Below, in pieces: positions 12,884-23,258 of a stretch of DNA of 64,000 nt. The notes beneath the pieces were generated by a model. The model saw nothing but the letters and a program-made list of their open reading frames with translations, did not search any database and was not told the DNA's origin. The translations under genes were made by a program, and so were the position numbers. Within the stretch, counting starts at the first letter, position 1, and every line of letters begins with the position of its first letter. Source of the stretch: an uncultured Subdoligranulum sp. (lineage in GTDB: Bacteria > Bacillota > Clostridia > Oscillospirales > Ruminococcaceae); assembly GCA_904390925.1 (NCBI GenBank), contig CAJFMB010000001.1, positions 9,167-73,166 on the forward strand, read 5' to 3'.

Positions 12884-13645
12884 ATGCAGCCAATCTTTGA
12901 AACGACCCGGAAGGGGCTTTTGGATTTTGTCCTTTTGCGGTATCACGACCAGCCGGAATATCTGTGGCGGTCCTCGCCGGGCCATGCAGTGCTGCGCCAT
13001 GCCGAAAACCGAAAATGGTATCTTTTGGTGATGAATCTGCCGCGGGAAAAACTGGGGATGCCCGGCGGTGGCAGTGTGGACGTGGCGGAACTGAAATGTG
13101 ATCCGATCCTGTCCGGATCGCTGCGCGGGGAGCCGGGAATTCTGCCCGCCTACCATATGAACCGGGACAGCTGGATCACCGTGCTTCTGGACGGCAGCGT
13201 GGACCCGGAACGGCTGGCTTTTCTTCTGGATGTCAGTTATACCCTGACCGGACTCGGAAGAGCAAAAAACGGGGCACCGCGGCAAAACAGGGACTGGCTG
13301 ATCCCGGCAAATCCTGCTGTCTACGACGTGGAACAGGACTTTGCCCGGGACGGGACCATCTTCTGGAAACAGACCACCAATGTGCGGGTGGGGGACCCGG
13401 TATATCTGTATATGGCGGCCCCGGTATCGGCGGTTTTGCATCAGTGCGTTGCCCGGCAGGTGGAAATCCGGGAGGATGGCCCGGACGGACCCCGCCGCCT
13501 GATGAAACTGAAACTGGTCCGCCGCTTTTCCCCGGAACAACTCAGCCGGGCGGTTTTGCAGCAGCACGGCATCCGCACGGTGCGCGGGCCCTGCGGTCTG
13601 ACCAACAGCCTGCGGCATTATATCGGGACCTTGCCGGAAGAATGA
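12884..13645 (+). CDS. MmcQ/YjbR-family protein with C-terminal EVE/PUA-like domain
   Basis: PEYLW, RHxxNRKWY, LKCDP, PAYHMNRDSWI (YjbR); then WLIPANP..YD...W...GDxVYLY (EVE-like). Confidence 0.8.
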   Translation: MQPIFETTRKGLLDFVLLRYHDQPEYLWRSSPGHAVLRHAENRKWYLLVMNLPREKLGMPGGGSVDVAELKCDPILSGSLRGEPGILPAYHMNRDSWITVLLDGSVDPERLAFLLDVSYTLTGLGRAKNGAPRQNRDWLIPANPAVYDVEQDFARDGTIFWKQTTNVRVGDPVYLYMAAPVSAVLHQCVARQVEIREDGPDGPRRLMKLKLVRRFSPEQLSRAVLQQHGIRTVRGPCGLTNSLRHYIGTLPEE

Positions 13646-13665
13646 GCCTTGGACACTGCCCGGGC

Positions 13666-13694
13666 TTGTACTTTTTGCCGGTATGCGGTATACT
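13666..13694 (+). promoter_or_regulatory. Sigma-A promoter for miaB
   Basis: TTGTAC-17 bp-TATACT. Confidence 0.55.
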
Positions 13695-13798
13695 GAAACA
13701 GTATGTCCGGCACTTGCAGCAAAAAGACAGGCTGCGGTGCATCCTTCCCGGGCGGCTTGCCGCCGTCCCAGAAAATCCACCCCCAGGGGGAGCGTCAT

Positions 13799-15178
13799 TT
13801 GGAAAAAGCAACCTATCTTCATAATGCGGCCGCTGCCAGCACGCTGGCCGAGTATTACGACACCCCGCCCATGGCTTACGTACACAGCTACGGCTGCCAG
13901 CAGAATGTCAATGACGGCGAAAAGCTCAAGGGCGTTTTGCAGGATGTGGGCTTTGGCATCTGCGACAGTGTGGAGCAGGCCGATCTGATCCTGTTCAACA
14001 CCTGCGCCGTGCGGGAACACGCCGAGCAGCGGGTGTTCGGCAATGTGGGCGCCCTGAAAAAACTCAAGGAGAAAAATCCCCGCCTGATCATCGGCGTCTG
14101 CGGCTGTATGGCCCAGCAGAAGCAGGTGGTGGACAAGCTGCGCACCAGCTACCCGTATGTGGACCTGGTGTTCGGCGTGGACGGCATTGACCGGCTGCCC
14201 GCCATGCTGGCCGAGCGGCTGCGGCGGGGCAAGCGGTATCTGGAGGAGCCCAACCACCGGGACGCTGTGGTGGAGGAAATCCCCATTCGGCGGGATTCCG
14301 GCTTCCGTGCCTGGCTGCCCATCATGTACGGCTGCGACAACTTCTGTACCTACTGCATTGTGCCCTATGTCCGCGGGCGGGAGCGCAGCCGGGAACCCGC
14401 CGCCATCCTGGCCGAGTTCCGGCAGCTGGTGGCCGACGGCTACAAGGAAATCACCCTGCTGGGGCAGAACGTCAACAGCTACGGCAAGGGCCTGGCGGAC
14501 CCGATCGACTTCTCCGACCTGCTGACCATGCTCTGCCGTACGCCCGGCGACTACAAGATCCGCTTCATGACCAGCCATCCCAAGGATGCCAGCCACAAGC
14601 TGATCGACACCATCGCCGCCGAGGAGCACCTGTGCAAGCATATCCATCTGCCGGTGCAGTCGGGCAGCAACCGGGTACTCCAGGCAATGAACCGCCACTA
14701 CACGGTGGAACAGTATCTGGATCTGATCGGATACGCCAAAAAGACCATTCCCGGCGTCACCTTCTCCAGCGACATCATCGTCGGCTTCCCCGGCGAGACC
14801 GAGGAGGAGTTCAACGAGACGCTGGATCTGGTGCGCAAGGTGGGCTATATGCAGCTGTTCACCTTTATTTATTCCCGCCGCACCGGCACCAAAGCGGCCG
14901 GGATGCCCGACCCCTACACCCATGCTGACAAGACCGCCCGCATGGACCGGCTGCTGCGCACCCAGGACGAGATCGCCTTCCCGGCCATTGCCGCCATGGC
15001 AGGCCAGACGGTGCGGGTGCTGGTGGAGGCCTGCGGTCGTACCCCCGGTACCCTGAACGGCCGGCTGGACAACAACCTGGTGGTGGAGTTTCCCGGCGAG
15101 GAGAGCCTGATCGGCCAGTGGGCCGAGGTGGAACTGACCGGCTCCCGTGCGGCACTGCTGGTGGGACGAAAGGTCTGA
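13799..15178 (+). CDS. miaB: tRNA-2-methylthio-N6-dimethylallyladenosine synthase
   Basis: YGCQQN, NTCAVRE, GCMAQ, radical SAM CDNFCTYC, DIIVGFPGET, TRAM domain; TTG start after GGGGGAG. Confidence 0.95.
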   Translation: MEKATYLHNAAAASTLAEYYDTPPMAYVHSYGCQQNVNDGEKLKGVLQDVGFGICDSVEQADLILFNTCAVREHAEQRVFGNVGALKKLKEKNPRLIIGVCGCMAQQKQVVDKLRTSYPYVDLVFGVDGIDRLPAMLAERLRRGKRYLEEPNHRDAVVEEIPIRRDSGFRAWLPIMYGCDNFCTYCIVPYVRGRERSREPAAILAEFRQLVADGYKEITLLGQNVNSYGKGLADPIDFSDLLTMLCRTPGDYKIRFMTSHPKDASHKLIDTIAAEEHLCKHIHLPVQSGSNRVLQAMNRHYTVEQYLDLIGYAKKTIPGVTFSSDIIVGFPGETEEEFNETLDLVRKVGYMQLFTFIYSRRTGTKAAGMPDPYTHADKTARMDRLLRTQDEIAFPAIAAMAGQTVRVLVEACGRTPGTLNGRLDNNLVVEFPGEESLIGQWAEVELTGSRAALLVGRKV

Positions 15179-15323
15179 TTCCGACGGAAGCTCTGCTGTA
15201 AAAACGTGACCCCGGCAACAGCCCTTTTGTGGGCTGGTCGGATATACTATGAACGGACAACAGGATTTGTTGTGTCCGAAGGACAGGGCCAGGCCCTGAA
15301 AAAACAAAAGGAGAATTTCCATC

Positions 15324-15731
15324 ATGGATTGCATTGATCTGTTTAAAAAAGCCGCGGCTGCCATGCAGACCGACCCCCGTTACCTGGAGCTGGACTCCGC
15401 CCGCCGTGCCAACGACGCCGACCAGGAACTGCAGAAGATGATCGGTGAGTTCAACCTGCAGCGTCTGGACCTGAACCGTGCCACCTCCGAGGCGGAGCCG
15501 GATACCGCCCGTATTGCTTCCCTGAACCAGAAGATCAACGACCTGTACAGCCAGATCATGGCCAGCGAGGGCATGGTCCGCTACAATGCCGCCAAGAGCG
15601 AGTGCGAGTCGATGGTCAGCTACATTGACGCCATCATCAACACTGCCATGAACGGCGGTGACCCCATGGCGGTCCGCCAGCCGGAAGCCGGCTGCACCGG
15701 CAGCTGCTCTTCCTGCTCCGGCTGCCACTGA
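15324..15731 (+). CDS. YlbF/YmcA (RicA/RicF-like) family regulator
   Basis: Helical Com_YlbF-like body, C-terminal GCTGSCSSCSGCH; position between miaB and mutS matches B. subtilis ymcA. Confidence 0.8.
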   Translation: MDCIDLFKKAAAAMQTDPRYLELDSARRANDADQELQKMIGEFNLQRLDLNRATSEAEPDTARIASLNQKINDLYSQIMASEGMVRYNAAKSECESMVSYIDAIINTAMNGGDPMAVRQPEAGCTGSCSSCSGCH

Positions 15732-15864
15732 TCCTGGAGCGGCCTTCCGCAGGCTGCTGTCTGGCTGAAAGAATCTGATCCGTCCCGCCGCGCTGATTTG
15801 TCAGTGCGGCGGGTAGCCGTCCATACGGGGCTTTTGCCCCGCCCATCCTGAGGAGTGTGACACC

Positions 15865-18480
15865 ATGGCACAGCAGGCGGTCTCGCCGATGATGCAGCAG
15901 TATTTTGACATCAAGCAACAGCACCCGGACGAGATCCTGTTTTATCGCGTCGGTGACTTTTATGAAATGTTCTACGACGATGCCATCACGGCTTCGCGGG
16001 AACTGGAACTGACCCTGACCGGCAAGGCCTGCGGCAAGGAGGAGCGTGCCCCCATGTGCGGCGTGCCCTTCCACTCCTACGAGACCTACGTGGCCCGGCT
16101 GATTGCCAAGGGCTACAAGGTTGCCATCTGTGAGCAGATGGAGGACCCGGCCCTGGCCAAGGGACTGGTCAAGCGGGACATCATCCGGGTGGTCACCCCC
16201 GGCACCGTCATCGAGTCCAGCATGCTGTCGGAGGACAAGAACAACTACCTCTGCGCCATCTACTTGAAAAAGCAGCGACGCAAAATGCAGGCGGGCGTCT
16301 GCTTTGCCGACATCTCCACCGGCGAGGCCTATGCCACCGAGCTGGAAAGCGAGAAGATGGGCGGTGCCATCATCACCGAGCTCTGCCGTTACATGCCCAG
16401 CGAGATCCTCATCAACACCGCAATGCTGGACCTGAAGGACGTGACCAACTACATCAAGCAGCACACCAGCGCCCTGGTGGAACTGCGGGAGGACGCCGTC
16501 TGCAAGGACAGCGTGGTCCACGCCCATCTGGCCGAGCAGTTCGGCCCCGACTGGCAGAAAACCTGCGGCTTTGCCGAGGGCGGCATGGTGCCCTATGCGG
16601 TGGGCATGCTGCTGGGCTACCTGAAAGAGACCCAGAAGCACGGCATCGAGCGCATCCGCACCATCCAGAATTACGCCGATGCCCAGTACATGCGCCTGTC
16701 ACCGGTGACCCGGGCCAACCTGGAGTTAACCGAGACGCTGCGCGGCCGGGAGAAAAAAGGCACCCTGCTCTGGGTGCTGGACAAGACCGAGACCTCCATG
16801 GGCAAGCGTCTGCTGCGCGGCTGGATTGAGCAGCCGCTGGTGGATGCCGACGCCATCAATGCCCGTCTGGACGCGGTGAACGCCCTGTATCAGGAAAATG
16901 TCACCCGCGCTGATCTGAAGGAGGCACTGGGCCGGGTGTTCGACATCGAACGCCTGACCACCCGGATTCTTTACGGCTCCGCCACCCCGCGGGAGGTCTG
17001 CGCCCTGGCCGATACCTGCGAGGCTCTTCCCGAGGTCCGCCGCCTGACCGAGAGTCTGGACGCCCCGCTGCTGGCAAAACTGGCGGCCGACATTGACCCG
17101 CTGGCCGATATCCTCAACAAGATCCGTTCGGCCATCGACGATGATCCCCCGGCCACCCTCAAGGACGGCGGCGTCATCCGCGCCGGCTACAATGCCGAGG
17201 TGGATGAGCTGCGGGACATCATGCACGGCGGCAAAGGCTTCCTCTCCCAGATGGAGGCCCGCCTGCGGGAGGAAACCGGCATCCCCAAACTGAAAATCGG
17301 CTTCAACAAGGTGTTCGGCTACTATATTGAGGTCAGCCGCTCCTACGCCGACAGCGTACCGGATACCTTTACCCGCAAACAGACCCTCACCACCGGCGAG
17401 CGCTACATCACCCCCGAACTGAAAGAGCTGGAAAACAAGATCCTCGGCGCCAACGAGCGGCTGCTGGTTCTGGAGCATCAGCTCTTTGCCGACCTGCTCA
17501 GCACCATCTCCGGCGAGATTCTCCGCATCCAGAAAACCGCCTCCTCGGTGGCACAGCTGGACGTGCTGGCCGGCTTTGCCGAGGTGGCGGTCTGCAACAA
17601 TTACACCCGGCCCACGGTGGACAACAGCGACGTGCTGGACATTGCCGAGGGTCGCCACCCGGTGATCGAGCAGATGCTCAAGGGCAGCCTGTTTGTCCCC
17701 AACGACACCACGCTGGACGAGGGCGACAACCGGATGCTGATCATCACCGGTCCCAACATGGCCGGCAAGTCCACCTACATGCGCCAGAATGCCCTGATCG
17801 CGCTGATGGCCCAGATCGGCAGCTTTGTGCCGGCGGCCAGCTGCCGGGTGGGCGTGGTGGACGCCATCTTCACCCGCGTGGGCGCCAGCGACGATCTGGC
17901 CGCAGGCCAGTCCACCTTTATGGTGGAGATGACCGAGGTGGCGGAGATCCTCCAGCATGCCACCAGGGACAGCCTGGTCATTCTGGACGAGATCGGCCGC
18001 GGCACCTCCACCTTTGACGGCATGAGCATTGCCCGCGCCGTGGTGGAATACATCTGCAAAAACATCGGCTGCAAGACGCTGTTTGCCACCCATTACCATG
18101 AACTCACCGATCTGGAACAGGATGTGCCCGGCGTCAAGAACTACAACATTGCGGTGAAAAAGCGGGGCGAGGACATCACCTTCCTGCGCCGCATTGTGGC
18201 CGGCCCGGCGGACGACAGCTACGGCATCGAGGTGGCAAAACTGGCGGGTCTGCCCTCGGAAGTGACCCGCCGCGCCCACGAGGTGCTGCGCCAGCTGGAG
18301 ACCACCGCCCCCGGCGCGAACACCTCCCTGCAGCTGGATTTTGACACCGTCAACGCCTACGAAAATCCCCAGGTTCCCAGCGAGGTGGTGGACAAGCTGC
18401 ACAGCGTGGACATTGAGACACTGACCCCGCTGGAGGCGTTGAACTTCCTTTATGAACTCAAACAGGCACTGAAAGCCTGA
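15865..18480 (+). CDS. mutS: DNA mismatch repair protein MutS
   Basis: PMMQQY, GDFYEMF, TGPNMAGKST, QSTFMVEM, DEIGRGTST, SYGIEVA; clamp-binding QLDF. Confidence 0.98.
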   Translation: MAQQAVSPMMQQYFDIKQQHPDEILFYRVGDFYEMFYDDAITASRELELTLTGKACGKEERAPMCGVPFHSYETYVARLIAKGYKVAICEQMEDPALAKGLVKRDIIRVVTPGTVIESSMLSEDKNNYLCAIYLKKQRRKMQAGVCFADISTGEAYATELESEKMGGAIITELCRYMPSEILINTAMLDLKDVTNYIKQHTSALVELREDAVCKDSVVHAHLAEQFGPDWQKTCGFAEGGMVPYAVGMLLGYLKETQKHGIERIRTIQNYADAQYMRLSPVTRANLELTETLRGREKKGTLLWVLDKTETSMGKRLLRGWIEQPLVDADAINARLDAVNALYQENVTRADLKEALGRVFDIERLTTRILYGSATPREVCALADTCEALPEVRRLTESLDAPLLAKLAADIDPLADILNKIRSAIDDDPPATLKDGGVIRAGYNAEVDELRDIMHGGKGFLSQMEARLREETGIPKLKIGFNKVFGYYIEVSRSYADSVPDTFTRKQTLTTGERYITPELKELENKILGANERLLVLEHQLFADLLSTISGEILRIQKTASSVAQLDVLAGFAEVAVCNNYTRPTVDNSDVLDIAEGRHPVIEQMLKGSLFVPNDTTLDEGDNRMLIITGPNMAGKSTYMRQNALIALMAQIGSFVPAASCRVGVVDAIFTRVGASDDLAAGQSTFMVEMTEVAEILQHATRDSLVILDEIGRGTSTFDGMSIARAVVEYICKNIGCKTLFATHYHELTDLEQDVPGVKNYNIAVKKRGEDITFLRRIVAGPADDSYGIEVAKLAGLPSEVTRRAHEVLRQLETTAPGANTSLQLDFDTVNAYENPQVPSEVVDKLHSVDIETLTPLEALNFLYELKQALKA

Positions 18481-18520
18481 ATCCCGATCCCATTGATGCT
18501 TTGCAACCAGGAGGCCCACC

Positions 18521-20749
18521 ATGGCAGAGATCCGCGTGCTGGACAAGCACACATCTGAACTTATCGCCGCCGGCGAGGTGGTGGAACGCCCGGCTTCGGT
18601 GGCCAAGGAACTGCTGGAAAACGCCATTGACGCCGGTGCCACCAAGATCACGCTTTCCATCCGCCGCGGCGGCATCCAGCAATTGCAGATCGTGGATAAC
18701 GGCACCGGCATCGAGGCCGAGTACATCGACAAGGCCTTTATCCGCCATGCCACCAGCAAGATCCAGACCGCCGAGGACCTGGCCCACATCCACACGCTGG
18801 GCTTCCGGGGTGAGGCGCTGGCCTCCATTGCCAGTGTTGCCCGGGTGGAGGTCCTGACCCGCACCGAGGCGGACGAGTATGCCTGCCTCTACCGGATTTC
18901 CGGCGGCGAACCCCAGGGTATGGAGCCGGGGGCCCGCCCGGTGGGCACCACCATCACGGTGAACGACCTGTTTTACAATACCCCTGCCCGGATGAAATTC
19001 CTCAAAAAGGACACCAGCGAGGGCACCTTTGTGGCAGACGTGGTGCTGCATACTGCGCTGTCCCACCCGGAGATCTCCTTCCGGTTTGAACGGGAGGGCA
19101 AGCTGCAGTTCGTCACCCCCGGCGACGGTAAAATGCTCAGCGCTGTGCATGCGGCAGTGGGCCGGGACTTTGCCCGGGATCTTCTGCCGGTGAACGGCGG
19201 CGACGGCGTCTACCAGGTCAGCGGCCTGGTCACCCCGCCCCGGGCCTGCCGGGCCTCCCGCGGGGCACAGTACTTTTATGTCAATGGCCGGTATGTGAAA
19301 AACCGCACCATGATGGCCGCCATGGAAAATGCCTACAAGGGCACGCTGATGCAGGGCAAGTTCCCTGGCGGCGTGCTGGTGCTGACCATGCCGGCAGAAC
19401 TGGTGGACGTGAATGTTCACCCCGCCAAGACGGAAATCCGTTTTGCCCGGGAAGGCGATGTCTACGATGCGGTTTACCGGGCGGTGCGCAGCGCACTGGC
19501 AGCACCCGGCAGCGGGGAATGCCGTTTCTCGCTGGAACACGACGCAACCGGCAAGGCGGAACCATCCTCCGGAAAAGCGCCGCAGCCTGCCCAGCCGGCC
19601 AAACCGGCGGGCAAGGGGTTTGCCACCATGTCGGCTGCCGGGTACCGCGCCGCACAGAAACTGGTGGAGGGGGTGCCCCAGCGCCCGGTGCCCGGACTGA
19701 ATACTTCGGCGGTGCCGGGGCAGGTCCGGCTGAACTCCGCCCGGGATGCTTACGCGGCACCGACTGTTCCGGTGACGCCGGCGGAAAGGCCTGCCCGCCC
19801 GACACAGCCGGTTCCGGCCACGCCCGTGATGTCCGGAGCGGATGACAGCCTGCTGGACATCCTGCCCGACCTGCCGGAACAAACCCCGGAATCTCCTGTT
19901 TCGGCGCCAGCCTCGGCCCTGAAGGATCTGGCAACCCTGCCGGATGGGGAAGGACGCATCCTGACGGACGCCGTCGCGGCTGCGCTGGCGGAAATGCCCC
20001 CTGTACCGGTTTCCGCTGTGCCCCCGGCGGATGCCCCTCGGCCGGAGGAGCTCCCCGCAGAGAATTCCTCTGATGATGTAGAGGAACCGGAGATGCCGGA
20101 AGCATCCCAAGCCTCCCTCAGTGCGTTGCCAGGTGGAAATCCGGCCCCGGAGCAGACCAGTTTTGCCCCGGCGGAGTCGGAACCGCTGCGTTACGTGGGC
20201 GAGGTATTCAAAACCTATATTATTACCGAGCGTTCCGGTGAGCTCTGCCTGATTGACAAACATGCCGCCCATGAGCGGGTTCTGTTTGAAAAACTGTCCC
20301 GGGACTACGGCAACGTGCCTGCCCAGATGCTGCTGGTGCCGGTGCAGGTCAACCTTTCCGCCGAGGAAAAGCTGGCGGTGCTGCAGAATCTGGAACTGCT
20401 GCAGAACGCCGGCATCGAGGCCGAGGACTACGGCGGCCCCACCGTCATTGTGCGGGCAGTGCCTGCCGATGTGCCGGTGGACGATGTGGAGGATATGGTG
20501 GTGGAGCTGGCTGCCCATCTGGCGGCCGGCGGCCGGGACGCCCTGCGGGAGAAAACCGAGTGGGTGCTCCATTCCATTGCCTGCCGCGCCGCCATCAAGG
20601 CCGGCGACCGCAGCGACCCCAAGGAACTGCTGGCGCTGGCCCGGCAGATCATGGACGGCACGGTGCCGCCCTTCTGCCCCCATGGCCGCCCCTGCGTGCT
20701 GAAGATCACCCGGAAGGAGCTGGAAAAACAGTTTGGCCGACTTGTCTGA
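18521..20749 (+). CDS. mutL: DNA mismatch repair endonuclease MutL
   Basis: IAAGEVVERP, GFRGEAL, DVNVHPAK; endonuclease DKHAAHER, ACRAAIK, CPHGRP. Confidence 0.96.
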   Translation: MAEIRVLDKHTSELIAAGEVVERPASVAKELLENAIDAGATKITLSIRRGGIQQLQIVDNGTGIEAEYIDKAFIRHATSKIQTAEDLAHIHTLGFRGEALASIASVARVEVLTRTEADEYACLYRISGGEPQGMEPGARPVGTTITVNDLFYNTPARMKFLKKDTSEGTFVADVVLHTALSHPEISFRFEREGKLQFVTPGDGKMLSAVHAAVGRDFARDLLPVNGGDGVYQVSGLVTPPRACRASRGAQYFYVNGRYVKNRTMMAAMENAYKGTLMQGKFPGGVLVLTMPAELVDVNVHPAKTEIRFAREGDVYDAVYRAVRSALAAPGSGECRFSLEHDATGKAEPSSGKAPQPAQPAKPAGKGFATMSAAGYRAAQKLVEGVPQRPVPGLNTSAVPGQVRLNSARDAYAAPTVPVTPAERPARPTQPVPATPVMSGADDSLLDILPDLPEQTPESPVSAPASALKDLATLPDGEGRILTDAVAAALAEMPPVPVSAVPPADAPRPEELPAENSSDDVEEPEMPEASQASLSALPGGNPAPEQTSFAPAESEPLRYVGEVFKTYIITERSGELCLIDKHAAHERVLFEKLSRDYGNVPAQMLLVPVQVNLSAEEKLAVLQNLELLQNAGIEAEDYGGPTVIVRAVPADVPVDDVEDMVVELAAHLAAGGRDALREKTEWVLHSIACRAAIKAGDRSDPKELLALARQIMDGTVPPFCPHGRPCVLKITRKELEKQFGRLV

Positions 20750-20756
20750 ATCCCGA

Positions 20757-21695
20757 ATGGAATCCCGCCCCCGGGTGGTTGCCATCGGCGGCCCCACCGC
20801 CACCGGCAAGACCGCGCTCTCGGTGGCGCTGGCAAAGCGCTTTGACGGTGAGATCCTCAGTGCCGACTCGATGCAGATTTACCGGGGGTTGGATGTGGGC
20901 ACCGCCAAGGTCACACCGGAGGAAATGCAGGGCGTACCCCACCATCTTCTGGACATCCTGACCCCGGAGCAGCCGTTCAGCGTGGCAGAATTCACCGACC
21001 GCGCCGGGGCAATCATCTCTGACCTGACCGCCCGGGGCAAGCTGCCCTTTGTGGTGGGCGGAACCGGGCTGTACATCACCAGCCTGCTCACCGGTGTCCG
21101 CTTTGCGCCTCAGCCGGAAAATAAGGCGCTGCGGGCGCAGCTTCAGGCCCGTGCTGCGGCAGGGGAGGGGCAGGCACTCTATGACGAGCTGACTGCCATC
21201 GACCCGGCGTATGCCACAACCCTGCATCCCAATGATGAAAACCGTGTCATCCGTGCGCTGGAACTCTATCAGCTCACCGGCCGCACCATGACTGCCCAGC
21301 GGGCGGCCTCCCGGCCGGACATGCCGCCTTACCGGGCCCTCTGCCTCTGCCTGAGCTGCCCCGACCGGGCGGTGCTTTACCGGCGGATTGACACCCGGGT
21401 GGACCGGATGGTCAAAGCGGGCATTCTGGAGGAGGCCAGGCTGGTCTATGACCACCGGGACAGCTACCGCACCGCCGCCCAGGCCATCGGATACAAGGAA
21501 TTTTTCCCGTATTTTGAAAACACCGCCACCCTGGAGGAGTGTACCAACCGGCTCAAGCAAGCGTCCCGCAACTATGCCAAGCGTCAGCTGACCTGGTTCC
21601 GCCGCCAGACCGACGCCGTCTGGCTGGACTTTACCGCCCCCGACCTGACCGAACAGGCCGCCCGGCTGGTGGAATCCTTCCTGTCCGGGGAATAA
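20757..21695 (+). CDS. miaA: tRNA dimethylallyltransferase
   Basis: GPTATGKT, DSMQIY, VGGTGLY, AIGYKE, YAKRQLTWF; start could instead be TTG at 20742. Confidence 0.95.
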   Translation: MESRPRVVAIGGPTATGKTALSVALAKRFDGEILSADSMQIYRGLDVGTAKVTPEEMQGVPHHLLDILTPEQPFSVAEFTDRAGAIISDLTARGKLPFVVGGTGLYITSLLTGVRFAPQPENKALRAQLQARAAAGEGQALYDELTAIDPAYATTLHPNDENRVIRALELYQLTGRTMTAQRAASRPDMPPYRALCLCLSCPDRAVLYRRIDTRVDRMVKAGILEEARLVYDHRDSYRTAAQAIGYKEFFPYFENTATLEECTNRLKQASRNYAKRQLTWFRRQTDAVWLDFTAPDLTEQAARLVESFLSGE

Positions 21696-21744
21696 CCACC
21701 CTGCATCCACGTCACCATTTTGTCCGCAAAGGAGGTGCCTGCCC

Positions 21745-22980
21745 ATGCAGCAAGACTCTGCCGAGCGCCGCCGCATCACCCGCAATGTGCTGTTGGCGCT
21801 GCTTACCATTCTGTTGCTTGCCGCCGTTTTGTACATCGCGGTGCAGCTGTACGCCATCCTGCACCGCACCTACCGCACCGAGACCGCCATCAAGGCCACC
21901 ATGTCGGACAGTGTACTGCTCAACGGCGCCGCGGTCTTTTCCGCCACGGCGGTGCAGGGCAGCGGCAACCTGGGATATCTGGTCAACGACGGTGAGCGCG
22001 TTACCGTTGGTACCACACTGGCAGAATACTATACCCAGGAGGGCCAGGACCTTCTGCGGGAGGAAATGACCAACCTGGACCGGGAAATCTCACTGCTGGA
22101 ACGTTCGCAGAATTCCAGCGGCAGCGACCTTTCGCTGCTGACCACCCAGACCCGGTCTGCCCTGTACAATCTTTTGGATCAACTGGATGCCGGCAACTAT
22201 TCCGGCATTCTGGACGCACAGGAGGAATTCCTGCTGGCCCAGAACCGGATGCAGGTTTCCACCGGCCAGTCCCAGGGGTTTGCCGATACCATCTCCCAGC
22301 TGCAGAGCCAGCGGGATGCCATCTCCGCCCAGCTGGGAAATCTGGAAACCATCACGGCACCCCAGAACGGATATTTTATCTCGGCGGGGTCTGCGGGGCT
22401 GACCACACTGGACCAGGCCACCGCCGACGAGGCAACCCCTGCCCAGCTGCAGCAGACGCTGGCAGGGGACCTGAGCCCTTCCCACGACGGGGTGGCGGGC
22501 TGGATTGTCTCCGGCTTCACCTGGCGGTTTTATGCGGTCTGTGACCTGGAAACCGCCCAGCGGTTTGACGGTGTCACCAATGTGCAGATCAGTGTGCCAG
22601 GAAAACAGGATACCCCCCTGGATGCGGAGGTCCTCTCGGTGGAAACCGATGAAGATTCCGGCCTTGCCAAGATCGTCATTGAATGCGGCACCATCAACCC
22701 CGAGGTGCTGACACTGGGGCAGGAGGAAGCCCAGATCGACCTGCAGACCTATTCCGGCATCCGGATCAGCCGCAGCGCGCTGCACATTGTGGACGGGCAG
22801 AACGGCGTCTATGTGGCGGCGGGCAATCTGCAGCGATTCCGGAAAATCACCATTCTTTACGAGGACGAGGACTATATTCTGGTGCCCGACGATGGTGCAG
22901 TGGGAACCGATAACGAAGTCCGTCTGTACGATGAGGTGATCGTGGCGGGCACTGACCTGCAGGACGGCAAACTGATGTGA
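21745..22980 (+). CDS. Membrane-anchored HlyD/membrane-fusion-like protein
   Basis: N-terminal TM, lipoyl-like half VNDGERVTVG, coiled coil, ITAPQNG, C-terminal GIRI...GVYV...LYDEVIV; usual clostridial neighbour of sepF. Confidence 0.7.
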   Translation: MQQDSAERRRITRNVLLALLTILLLAAVLYIAVQLYAILHRTYRTETAIKATMSDSVLLNGAAVFSATAVQGSGNLGYLVNDGERVTVGTTLAEYYTQEGQDLLREEMTNLDREISLLERSQNSSGSDLSLLTTQTRSALYNLLDQLDAGNYSGILDAQEEFLLAQNRMQVSTGQSQGFADTISQLQSQRDAISAQLGNLETITAPQNGYFISAGSAGLTTLDQATADEATPAQLQQTLAGDLSPSHDGVAGWIVSGFTWRFYAVCDLETAQRFDGVTNVQISVPGKQDTPLDAEVLSVETDEDSGLAKIVIECGTINPEVLTLGQEEAQIDLQTYSGIRISRSALHIVDGQNGVYVAAGNLQRFRKITILYEDEDYILVPDDGAVGTDNEVRLYDEVIVAGTDLQDGKLM

Positions 22981-23135
22981 CGATTCAACGGTAACTTTTA
23001 GGACGGCCCGGCCTGCTTGCTGAATCAGCGGCAGCCTGGGCCGTTTTCTGCTGCCCGGGGAAGCCGGTCACAGGGGAATGGTCGGCTTTGCCAGGACAGA
23101 TGTTTCCAAATTGCAACAACGGCCGGCACAACCTA

Positions 23136-23164
23136 TTGACTTTTATACCCAAAAAAGAGATAAT
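23136..23164 (+). promoter_or_regulatory. Sigma-A promoter for sepF operon
   Basis: TTGACT-17 bp-GATAAT in an AT-rich stretch, downstream of a terminator-like hairpin (about 23002-23047). Confidence 0.55.
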
Positions 23165-23258
23165 ACTTAATGTATATCGCTGAATGGCTGAATTCTGCAG
23201 TCTGTGCTGCGATGACGGTCCCCTGTGACCGTGACAGTTATTGTAAGGAGAATCCAAT

